A stretch of DNA of 64,000 nucleotides from Thalassobaculaceae bacterium (lineage in GTDB: Bacteria > Pseudomonadota > Alphaproteobacteria > Thalassobaculales > Thalassobaculaceae), in NCBI GenBank assembly GCA_965228875.1, contig OZ245843.1, positions 4,880,616 through 4,944,615 on the forward strand, given 5' to 3'. Positions within the stretch are counted from its first letter, which is position 1. Each line of letters begins with the position of its first letter. Of this stretch, positions 39,286-47,573 are shown one piece after another. The position numbers were made by a program, and so were the translations under genes. A model generated the notes under the pieces. That model was not told the origin of the DNA, searched no databases, and saw nothing but the letters and a program-made list of their open reading frames with translations.

Positions 39286-40062
39286 ATGCGCAACACCATG
39301 GCATCGACGATCTTCGGCCTGCTCGGAGTTTCGTCCCTGGCGCTGTTCGTGTTCGTGTTCTCGACCGACGAGGCCGAGTACTTCTGGAATCCCATCGGTC
39401 TGATCGTCGTGCTCGGCGGCACCATCGCCGCGACCCTGCTGGCCTTTCCCTCCGCCCAGCTCTGGTCGATGTTCAGCGCCTTCGCCGCCATTTTCCGCGA
39501 CGAACGGTCGATCAGCGCTGATATCCGCCGGATCGTCGAGATCGCCCGGCTGCACAGCGCCAAGGACATCCAGGGCTCGCAGGACGCGATCAACAAGCTG
39601 TCCAACCCGTTCCTGCGCCTTGGCCTGCAGTTCGCCATCGACGGAACCCCGGTCGAGGACATCATGCACGTCATGAACTGGCGTATTCAGCGGTTGATCG
39701 AGCGCGAGACCTCGGACGCCAAGCTGTTCCGTATGCTGGCGGCCTTCGCGCCCGCCTTCGGGATGCTCGGCACGCTGATCGGCCTGATCGGCATGCTCAG
39801 CGACCTTGGCTCCGGCGACCTCGGCGCCATCGGCCAGAACATGTCCGTCGCCCTCATCACCACGGTCTACGGACTGATGCTGGCCAACATGGTGTTCAAG
39901 CCCATCGCCATCAAACTGGAGCAGCGCACGGCGCAGCGCGTGGCGCTGATGAACGTGCTCCTGGAGGGCGTGATCCTTCTGCGCATGGGGCGCGGACCGG
40001 CGACGATCGACGACGCCATGCACAACCTGGTCCGCACGTTCCGGGACGAGATCCATGACTGA
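39286..40062 (+). CDS. MotA/PomA-like stator subunit
   Basis: IVVLGGT, FLRLGLQFAIDG, APAFGMLGTLIGLIGML, ALITTVYG, MVFKPIA. Confidence 0.88.
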   Translation: MRNTMASTIFGLLGVSSLALFVFVFSTDEAEYFWNPIGLIVVLGGTIAATLLAFPSAQLWSMFSAFAAIFRDERSISADIRRIVEIARLHSAKDIQGSQDAINKLSNPFLRLGLQFAIDGTPVEDIMHVMNWRIQRLIERETSDAKLFRMLAAFAPAFGMLGTLIGLIGMLSDLGSGDLGAIGQNMSVALITTVYGLMLANMVFKPIAIKLEQRTAQRVALMNVLLEGVILLRMGRGPATIDDAMHNLVRTFRDEIHD

Positions 40063-40086
40063 GCGCGATCCGGCGGGGGATCGGCG

Positions 40087-40974
40087 ATGATGCTCGGCTC
40101 GAGCCTGCGGGAGGCGTCGGAGAAGGCCGAGCGGCGTTCGATCGCGTCGGGCATGAAACGCGCGCGGGGCGGACCGCGGAACGGCGGCGGCGGAACCGGC
40201 GGCGTCGAGATGCCCTCGGCCGGCGCCGGCGAAGAGGAGTGGATGGTCACCTACACCGACCTGGTGACCCTGCTCCTGACCCTGTTCGTGATCCTGATCT
40301 CGCTGGCGACGTTCGAGGAGCCCGGCGACGCGCCGGGTACCGAGCAGGGCGTGCTCAACGGCAGCTCGACGGCGATCGTCGTGCCCGACCCGGAATTCGG
40401 CCGCGCCGAACCGGAAGAGGTGGCCGAGGAGGACCCGCGCGAGACTCTGACGGACGAGCAACTGCGTCGGGTGGCGGAGCTGGAGGCGTGGAGCGAGCGG
40501 GTCGCCCGGCTGCTGCGATACCATCTGCAGGAGAACGATCTCCTCGACGGCGTGGAGCTCGAGATCGTCAACTACCAGGTGGTCATGCAGATGCGCGATC
40601 GCATCCTGTTTTCCTCCGGCTCCGCGGAGTTGGCGCCGGCCGGCCGCGCCGTGCTCGACAAGATGGTGCAGGCGTTGCAGTTCGTGGACTCCCGTGTCGA
40701 CGTCGAGGGGCATACCGACAACGTGCCGATCGCCACGACGCTCTATCCGTCGAACTGGGAACTGTCGACGGCGCGGGCGGCGGCGGTCGCGCGCTTTCTG
40801 ATCGATGCCGGGATGACGCCGGGTCGGCTTCGCGCTGTCGGCTTTGCCGATACCAGACCGCAGGCGCCGAATGATACTTTCGAGGGCCGCGCCCGGAATC
40901 GGCGGGTCTCGCTCGTGGTGGTGCCGGAGATCGATATCGAGACCGGGCGGCTGGTCGAGGGCACGGCGCGGTAG
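40087..40974 (+). CDS. MotB/PomB-like stator subunit with OmpA-like peptidoglycan-binding domain
   Basis: WMVTYTDLVTLLL with conserved Asp; VEGHTDN, NWELSTARA, NRRV. Confidence 0.9.
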   Translation: MMLGSSLREASEKAERRSIASGMKRARGGPRNGGGGTGGVEMPSAGAGEEEWMVTYTDLVTLLLTLFVILISLATFEEPGDAPGTEQGVLNGSSTAIVVPDPEFGRAEPEEVAEEDPRETLTDEQLRRVAELEAWSERVARLLRYHLQENDLLDGVELEIVNYQVVMQMRDRILFSSGSAELAPAGRAVLDKMVQALQFVDSRVDVEGHTDNVPIATTLYPSNWELSTARAAAVARFLIDAGMTPGRLRAVGFADTRPQAPNDTFEGRARNRRVSLVVVPEIDIETGRLVEGTAR

Positions 40975-41004
40975 CGGGCCTGTCTGACGGCGGATCGGAG
41001 GAGC

Positions 41005-42300
41005 ATGCGTACTCAGGAAGTCGAGCTGCTGATGCGGGCCACCGAACTTCGGGACGCGCCGGCCGGGCGGTGGGCGGCGCTGATCGACATGGACCACATT
41101 CCGCATGTGGACGACCGGTTCTTCTTCCGGGTCCTCAAGAACCGCGTGCTGGAGAGCCTGAACAGGGACAGGGTCGAGGTGTTCCTCCTGTCCCACCACC
41201 GCATCTGCGTCATCGGCTCGCGCCATGACATCGGCGTCGTCCAGCAGAAGATGGCGCATCTGTCGAACCTGCTGCTCGAGCACAGCAAGGCGGCGATCGA
41301 GTGCCAGGTCTTTGACCCGTCGAGCCGGCCCGAGGAGTTCGCCGAGCGCTGCCGCAAGCTGGTCGAGGAGGTCCGCGAGGAGAATCCGGAGGAGGAGGAC
41401 GCGTCGTTCAGCGACGAGGACGAGAACCTGGCACGCTACCTCACGATCGAGGAGACGCTGCATTCGGCGGACCTGTCCAGCCTGGTGCGCGAGCATCCGA
41501 TCTACGATTTCGAGGACCCGGGCCAGCCGAGGATCATTGCCTACGAACTGTCCTCCGACATCGAGAACCTGGAGGACATGTTCGGCACCTCTATCCGGCA
41601 GAACCCGTGGCTCTTCGACCGTGTCACCGAGATCCTCGACAAGCGGATGCTGTTCCACTTGATGCGGGACCGGGCCAGCACGGAGCGCATGATCTCGATC
41701 AACATCCACATGGCCAACGTCCTGTCCGACGAGTTCAAGGCCTTCGCCCAACGCTCCAGTTTCGGCTGGCAGCATCACTTCATCTTCGAGATCCCCTTCA
41801 TCGAGATGAACGACGATCCCGACCGTTATCGCCACGTGGTCGAGCGTTTCCGCACCTATCACGCCATGGGGGCGATCGACGGCGTTCCCTGGTCGTCGCT
41901 GAAGGAACTGCACAACTCGGCCGACACGATCCAGTTCATCAAGGTCCCCTGGTCGGAGGCGTTGCGCGGTCTGTCGGACGCCCAGTCGGAGCTCATGAAG
42001 GAGGATATCGAACGTCTCGGGACGGCGCGCTGCGTCCTCTACCACTGCGACGACAGCGAGGCCGCCGCCGTCGGTCTGGACCTCGGCTTCCGTTTTCTCC
42101 AGGGCCAGGGGGTGGACGCGGACGTGGCCGAGAGGCACCGTCAACTCGTCGACCGCAAGGTGGCCGAGGTTCGCGCGCTGTCCGAGATCGAACGGCATGA
42201 CCGCGAGGAGGAGGAACCGAGGAGCGGTTTCGTCGCCTGGCTTCGGCGACTGCTCGGCGGCGGTCGCCGGCGGCGCGACGAGGATGACGAGGACTACTGA
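41005..42300 (+). CDS. Hypothetical protein with degenerate EAL-like C-terminal domain
   Basis: EHPIYD, ISINIH, FIFEI, GAIDG, FIKV, GFRFLQG follow EAL barrel order but the EAL and DDFGTG motifs are absent. Confidence 0.6.
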   Translation: MRTQEVELLMRATELRDAPAGRWAALIDMDHIPHVDDRFFFRVLKNRVLESLNRDRVEVFLLSHHRICVIGSRHDIGVVQQKMAHLSNLLLEHSKAAIECQVFDPSSRPEEFAERCRKLVEEVREENPEEEDASFSDEDENLARYLTIEETLHSADLSSLVREHPIYDFEDPGQPRIIAYELSSDIENLEDMFGTSIRQNPWLFDRVTEILDKRMLFHLMRDRASTERMISINIHMANVLSDEFKAFAQRSSFGWQHHFIFEIPFIEMNDDPDRYRHVVERFRTYHAMGAIDGVPWSSLKELHNSADTIQFIKVPWSEALRGLSDAQSELMKEDIERLGTARCVLYHCDDSEAAAVGLDLGFRFLQGQGVDADVAERHRQLVDRKVAEVRALSEIERHDREEEEPRSGFVAWLRRLLGGGRRRRDEDDEDY

Positions 42301-43028
42301 GCGTCGGCCGTATCGGGCCGGGCCGGTACCGCGCGCTGCGCCGGTGGCGGAGACAGAAGCTGGGACGAGGGCACCCGCCAGATCCTGCGGGCGTGAATCA
42401 GGCCGACCTCGAAGCGCCGCGCGAATAGCCGCCGCAGATCCGGGACGCCGACGTCGAGCCCGCCGGTATACGCGCCGAAGGCCGGCAAGATCATCCGGGC
42501 GCCATCGTTGACGAAGCAGCGGCCGGACACCGTGCGCCCCCTGACCCGGAGGCGGGTGACCGGATGGTAGTGTCCCGAGACCTCGCCGGCGGCGCTGTCG
42601 GCGAGAGCCTCGTGCCGGAAGGTCAGGGGGCCGTCGATCAGCCGATCCGCCACCGTGCCGCCGAGGCCGTGGGGCGGGCCCGGATCGTGATTGCCGGTGA
42701 TCCAGATCCAGTCGACCCGGTCCACCATCGCGGCCAGTTCGGCCCTGTCCCCGGCCGACAGGCGCTGCGCCCCGGTGCTGTCGTGAAAACTGTCGCCGAC
42801 GCAGATCACCCGGGCCGGCGCATAGGCCTCGACGGTGGCGCGCAGGCGGTCGATCGTCGCCATGGTGTCGTAGGGGGGGAGCAGGGTGCCCTTGCGCGCC
42901 AGGCTGGATCCCTTCTCCAGATGGAGATCGGCGACCACCAGCGTGTCCCGGTCGGGCCAGTACAGCGCGCCGCCGGCATCGGCCAGCAGATCGACGCCGT
43001 TGAGAGTCAGTGTGATGGGGGTGGTCAT
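42294..43028 (-). CDS. pdeM: Ligase-associated DNA damage response metallophosphoesterase/endonuclease
   Basis: VADLHLEKGS, LPPYDT, GDSFHD, GNHD, SGHYHP, LPAFGAYTGGL. Confidence 0.88.
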   Translation of the reverse strand: MTTPITLTLNGVDLLADAGGALYWPDRDTLVVADLHLEKGSSLARKGTLLPPYDTMATIDRLRATVEAYAPARVICVGDSFHDSTGAQRLSAGDRAELAAMVDRVDWIWITGNHDPGPPHGLGGTVADRLIDGPLTFRHEALADSAAGEVSGHYHPVTRLRVRGRTVSGRCFVNDGARMILPAFGAYTGGLDVGVPDLRRLFARRFEVGLIHARRIWRVPSSQLLSPPPAQRAVPARPDTADAQ

Positions 43029-43041
43029 GGCGGCGTGGCGA

Positions 43042-43890
43042 TCACGGCCAGCGCACCGCCGGGGGCAGGCTCATCAGGATCGCCTCGACATTGCCGCCGG
43101 TCTTCAGCCCGAACAGCGTCCCGCGGTCGTAGAGCAGGTTGAACTCGACGTAGCGACCCCGGCGCACGAGCTGGTGCTCGCGCTCCTCGTCGCTCCAGGT
43201 CTCGTTCATCCGCCGGCCGACGATCTTCGGATAGGTCTCCAGGAAGGCGAGGCCGACGTCCCTGGTAAAGGCGAAGTCGCGATCGAAATCGCCGTCGACG
43301 TAGTCGTAGAAGATTCCGCCGACGCCGCGTGGCTCGTCGCGGTGCTTGAGATAGAAGTACTCGTCGCACCAGCTCTTGAACTTCGGATAGTAGTCGGGAT
43401 CGTGTTTGTCGCAGGCGCCCTTGAGACCGGCGTGGAAGGCGTCGGTATCGACCTGCTCCTCGACCATCGGGGTGAGGTCGGCGCCGCCGCCGAACCAGCT
43501 CTTGGTGGTGGCGATATGGCGGGTGTTCATGTGCACCGCCGGCACCAGCGGCGACTGCATGTGGGCGACCAGGGAGATGCCGGTCGCGAAGAACTTCGGA
43601 TCGGCGTCGGCGCCCGGAATCTGCTTGCGGAACTCCTCGCTGAACTCGCCGTGCACGGTCGAGACGTTGACCCCGACCTTCTCGAACACCCGGCCCTTCA
43701 TGACCGACATCACGCCGCCGCCGCCGCCCTCGCGGTTCCAGGCGGTGCGCTCGAACCGGCCGGGGGCCTGGTCCTTCAACGGACCGTCATACGCATCCTC
43801 AAGGGCTTCGAAGGCGGCGCAGATGCGGTCGCGCAGCGACTCGAACCAGGAGCGCGCGGCGTCTCGTTGCGCATCGGTGGACAGGTACAT
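43042..43890 (-). CDS. hemF: Oxygen-dependent coproporphyrinogen III oxidase
   Basis: [52 protein letters not shown]. Confidence 0.96.
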   Translation of the reverse strand: MYLSTDAQRDAARSWFESLRDRICAAFEALEDAYDGPLKDQAPGRFERTAWNREGGGGGVMSVMKGRVFEKVGVNVSTVHGEFSEEFRKQIPGADADPKFFATGISLVAHMQSPLVPAVHMNTRHIATTKSWFGGGADLTPMVEEQVDTDAFHAGLKGACDKHDPDYYPKFKSWCDEYFYLKHRDEPRGVGGIFYDYVDGDFDRDFAFTRDVGLAFLETYPKIVGRRMNETWSDEEREHQLVRRGRYVEFNLLYDRGTLFGLKTGGNVEAILMSLPPAVRWP

Positions 43891-44104
43891 GGCCGGTTTC
43901 CGCACGGTGAGCTTATCGACGCGGGAGAGAACCACCGCGGGGCCGGGAGGGCAAGGGCGGCGGCGGGGCTAGGCGTCTCCTCTCCGGGCCTCACACCGTC
44001 CTGACCGACACGTGAACCCGCGTGTCCGCGGGACCGGGATACCGTTCCGGATGACCGGCGGATCAACTGCCGGCGGCCATGCCATCCGACGAGGGAGGAA
44101 GCCC

Positions 44105-44713
44105 ATGACCCAGTTCCTGCGCCTGCTGACGCTTGCCGCTGCGGTGACCTTTGGCGGGGTGTTCAGCGCCACGTCTTCCGCCCATGCCGCCTGCGAGGCC
44201 GGCAAACCCGGATCCGAACTTACCGGTGATGAAGCACAGACGGTCTACGACTGCCTCAAGGACTCGCTGCTCGCGGGCTACATGGAGGGCGACAAGCGCT
44301 GGATCCCGGCGGCATACGTCGCCGACTACCGGTCCTGGGCGGCGGCCAGCACCTTTCCCGCCGCCCCCGGCTTTCACGGCGAACGGTTCCTGCTGACCTA
44401 CGTCAACGCGGTCGGGGCCGAGGAATACCTGAAGTTCGAGGAAGAGGGCGTGACGATGCCGGCCGGTACGGTCATCGCCAAGGAGTCGTTCGCAGTGAAC
44501 GATGCGGGCCGCGCCGTGCCCGGTCCGCTGTTCTTCATGGAGAAGACCGCCGCCGGGGCGTCGCCCGAGACCGGCGACTGGTACTACATGATGGTCGCGC
44601 CGGACGGCACGCCTCAGGCGGTCAATGTGGTGGAGGCCTGTCATGCCTGTCACGCCGGTTTCGACTACCGCGACAGTCTCGGATATCCGGTCGAGGAAGC
44701 CCGGGTGAAGTGA
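44105..44713 (+). CDS. Cytochrome P460/c'-beta family protein
   Basis: Signal peptide; DYRSW, PAGTVIAKE, FMEK, GDWYY and C-terminal CHACH heme motif. Confidence 0.8.
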   Translation: MTQFLRLLTLAAAVTFGGVFSATSSAHAACEAGKPGSELTGDEAQTVYDCLKDSLLAGYMEGDKRWIPAAYVADYRSWAAASTFPAAPGFHGERFLLTYVNAVGAEEYLKFEEEGVTMPAGTVIAKESFAVNDAGRAVPGPLFFMEKTAAGASPETGDWYYMMVAPDGTPQAVNVVEACHACHAGFDYRDSLGYPVEEARVK

Positions 44714-44726
44714 CCTCGGTCCGGCC

Positions 44727-45515
44727 TCAATGCGCCTTGTGCCGCGGTCTCGTGGCGTAGAGCGCGGAGAAGGCGAGCTGCTCCTCGAACAGGCCGGACG
44801 GCTCCATGTCCAGCAGGCGCGAGCGGGCGTCGATCTCGAACATGTCGGCGCGGTCGCCGAGCCGCTGTGGGCTGAAGTAGGAGGTGGAGAGCATGTGGCC
44901 GACCGCGTCGTCCACGCTCCACCGCCGGGTCACCGGAAAGAGGACGCGCTCGACCTCGCGGAACGATGACGCCCGCAGGTGGTCCTCGTGGTTGCCGCGG
45001 TTCGCCGCCGCCGGGATGCCGTCCGGGCACCAGTCCCGCTTGAGCGCCTCGACCACCTGTCCGATCCGGGTCTGCGATCTCGTCGAGCCGTCCTCGTGGA
45101 CGACCACCACCCCGCCGCCCGGCTCGATGACCGCGTCGAGCGTGGCGAGCACCCGCGCCCGGTCGGTCCAGTGGAACGAGCGGCCGAACAGGGCGACCCG
45201 GGCCGGACCATCCTCCGGTCCGACCTCCTCCGCCGTCTTGTGCAGGAACGGGATGTCGGCGCCGCTTTCCCGCGCGGCGCGTCGCGCGGCGGCCAGCATC
45301 GGCCGGTTAGGCTCGACCCCGGTCACCCGAACGCCGAGGCCATGCAGGCGAAAGGAGAGGGTGCCCGGCCCGCAGCCGATGTCCAGCACCCGGCCGGTGC
45401 CGTCGGCGAGGTCGAAGCGGTTGACGATGTCAGCGATCATCTCGCCCGGATAGGCGAGGCGGAAGCGCACGTAGTTGTCGACGGCGCTGTCGAACAGGGT
45501 GGTGGTGTCGGTCAT
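44727..45515 (-). CDS. Class I SAM-dependent methyltransferase
   Basis: VLDIGCGPG, GVEPN, SFHW. Confidence 0.88.
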   Translation of the reverse strand: MTDTTTLFDSAVDNYVRFRLAYPGEMIADIVNRFDLADGTGRVLDIGCGPGTLSFRLHGLGVRVTGVEPNRPMLAAARRAARESGADIPFLHKTAEEVGPEDGPARVALFGRSFHWTDRARVLATLDAVIEPGGGVVVVHEDGSTRSQTRIGQVVEALKRDWCPDGIPAAANRGNHEDHLRASSFREVERVLFPVTRRWSVDDAVGHMLSTSYFSPQRLGDRADMFEIDARSRLLDMEPSGLFEEQLAFSALYATRPRHKAH

Positions 45516-45760
45516 CCGGTCGTGTCCCGGTCGGTTGGCGGCCAGCGTCCATCATAGCCGATCCGGGCGCCGGGACGACGATCGGCGGACGTCCCCGTCT
45601 CCGGTCCGCGCGGTGCGGCTGGCGGTCGATGGTTCGACGCTAAACCATATGCCGGGTGGACCGACGCAGTTGGCCCCTTGGGCGCGCCACTCTGCGCCTG
45701 TATCCTGAGGCGAACCGGGATTTGGAACCGGATACAGAATCCATCGATGGAGGGACCGCC

Positions 45761-46165
45761 ATGACGACCGCATTCGCCGACGTCACCGAGTTGATGCAGC
45801 GCTATTTCGACGGCTTCTACAACGGTGACGTGGACCTGCTGAAGACCGTGTTCCATCCGAGCTGTCATCTGCTGTCGGCCCGCGACGGCGGCCTGACCGA
45901 CGACGACATGGAAGCGGTGTACAAGCGGGTCGCCAACCGCACGGCGCCGGCGGCGAACGGCGAGGTGAATTGCGACCGTATCCTGTCGATCGATCTCGCC
46001 AATCCGGAGCTGGCGCTGGCCAAGGTGCAGATCGCCATCGGCCAGAAGCTGTTCACCGATTATCTGAACTGCATCCGCATCGACGGCGAGTGGAAGATCA
46101 TCTCCAAGGTCTTCACCTACGACCTGATGGAGGAGGCCGCGGCACCGGCGCAGGCGGCCGAGTAA
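45761..46165 (+). CDS. NTF2-like protein (putative lumazine-binding family)
   Basis: YFDGFY, VFHP, FTDYL, WKIISKVF. Confidence 0.8.
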   Translation: MTTAFADVTELMQRYFDGFYNGDVDLLKTVFHPSCHLLSARDGGLTDDDMEAVYKRVANRTAPAANGEVNCDRILSIDLANPELALAKVQIAIGQKLFTDYLNCIRIDGEWKIISKVFTYDLMEEAAAPAQAAE

Positions 46166-46174
46166 GCGCCACCC

Positions 46175-46903
46175 GTGACCGCGACTGCCGACACGCTCAG
46201 CGTCGAGGTCTGGCGCGGGCGCGAGGAGGGACGGTTCGAGACCTTCGCCGTCCCGCAACGCGCCAACCAGACGGTGCTCGACGTCGTCACCTGGATCCAG
46301 CGCCACGCGGAGCCGGCGCTGGCCTATCGCTTCGCCTGCCGGGTCGGGGTCTGCGGGTCCTGCGCGATGACGGTCAACGGCCGCCCGCGCTGGACCTGCC
46401 GCACCCATGTCTCCAAGGTCGCCGGCGACGGCCGCCTGAGGATCGAGCCGCTGCGCAACCTGCCGCGGATCAAGGATCTCGCCGTCGATCTCGCGCCGTT
46501 CTTCGAGAAATGGCAGCGCGCCCAGGGACGGTTCACGCCGAGCCGCACGCGCCACGACCCGCTGGCGCCCGTCAGCCCCGACTCGCCCGGGCGCAAGGCG
46601 GCGGATGCCGGGATCGAGTGCATCAACTGCGCCGTCTGCTACGCGGCGTGCGACGTGGTGGCCTGGGATGAGACGTATCTGGGACCCGCCGCCCTCAACC
46701 GGGCCTGGACGCTGGTCAACGACGAGCGTGACGCCGACCGCAGGGGCGTGCTCCGCGCCGCCGGACAGGGCGGCGGCTGCCACACCTGTCACAGTCACGG
46801 CTCCTGCGTCGAGCACTGTCCGGTGGGCATCAATCCGACGGCCGGCATCGCCGGGCTGAAGCGGTTGTCGCTGGTCGCCCTGCTGGGGGGAGGGCCGGCG
46901 TGA
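46175..46903 (+). CDS. Succinate dehydrogenase/fumarate reductase-like iron-sulfur subunit
   Basis: CRVGVCGSC...C, CINCAVCYAAC, CHSHGSCVEHCP. Confidence 0.9.
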   Translation: MTATADTLSVEVWRGREEGRFETFAVPQRANQTVLDVVTWIQRHAEPALAYRFACRVGVCGSCAMTVNGRPRWTCRTHVSKVAGDGRLRIEPLRNLPRIKDLAVDLAPFFEKWQRAQGRFTPSRTRHDPLAPVSPDSPGRKAADAGIECINCAVCYAACDVVAWDETYLGPAALNRAWTLVNDERDADRRGVLRAAGQGGGCHTCHSHGSCVEHCPVGINPTAGIAGLKRLSLVALLGGGPA

Positions 46904-47235
46904 TGGCCGCGGCAATGTTCGCGCTCCAGCGGCTGACCGCGCTGATCCTCGCGCCGCTGGTGATCGTTCACCTGGTGGTCATCCTGGTGGCGGTGGAGGG
47001 CGGGTTGAGCGCCGCCGAGATCCTGGAGCGTACCCGCGGCAGCGTGGGTTGGGCCCTGTTCTACGGTCTGTTCGTGGTCGCCGCCTCGATCCACGCCCCG
47101 ATCGGATTGCGCTCGGTGCTGCGGGAGCACGCCGGCTGGAGCGGACGATCGCTCGACGTCGCGATGGCCCTCGTTCTGATCATGCTGCTGGTGCTGGGGT
47201 TCCGGGCCGTGTTTGCGGTGGTGGGGGCGCCATGA
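46900..47235 (+). CDS. SDH/FRD-like membrane anchor subunit
   Basis: QRLTA, three TM helices, His in VHL and IHAPIG. Confidence 0.8.
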   Translation: MMAAAMFALQRLTALILAPLVIVHLVVILVAVEGGLSAAEILERTRGSVGWALFYGLFVVAASIHAPIGLRSVLREHAGWSGRSLDVAMALVLIMLLVLGFRAVFAVVGAP

Positions 47236-47573
47236 AGGTTCGTTCGCACAGTCATTTGGGATACTGGGCTTCGATCGCGCATCGACTTTCTGGTGTGCTG
47301 CTCGCGCTGTTTCTGCCGATACATTTCCTTGTGCTGGGATTGGCCATCGAGGGTGAGGCGCGGCTCGACGGCTTTCTGGCGCTGGCCGAGAACCCGCTGG
47401 TCAAACTGGCCGAATGGGGGCTGGTGATCCTGCTGACCGTGCACCTGGCCGCCGGCCTGCGGGTGCTGGCGCTCGAGTTCCTGCCCTGGCGCGATACCCG
47501 CAAGGGGCTGATCGGTCTCGGCGCCCTGGCCGCGGCGGCCGTCGGCGCGGTCTTCCTGGCGCAGGTGCTGTGA
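47232..47573 (+). CDS. SDH/FRD-like cytochrome b membrane subunit (SdhC-like)
   Basis: AHRLSG, LPIHF, VHLAAGLR; ATG overlaps upstream stop. Confidence 0.8.
   Translation: MKVRSHSHLGYWASIAHRLSGVLLALFLPIHFLVLGLAIEGEARLDGFLALAENPLVKLAEWGLVILLTVHLAAGLRVLALEFLPWRDTRKGLIGLGALAAAAVGAVFLAQVL

Noticed and set aside
38632..42198. 1188 aa minus-strand ORF and many other long antisense or alternate-frame ORFs in the track
   Set aside because: Shadow ORFs typical of high-GC DNA; they overlap well-supported genes and carry no recognisable motifs.
39286..42300. motAB-like pair as a Zorya anti-phage system
   Set aside because: The A subunit is only 258 aa without the long ZorA tail, and no ZorC/D/E-like helicase or nuclease follows.
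45698..45742. Inverted repeat ctgtatcc...ggatacag upstream of the NTF2/complex II-like operon
   Set aside because: Possible operator, but a single instance with no second copy seen upstream of the hydro-lyase genes and no cognate regulator nearby.
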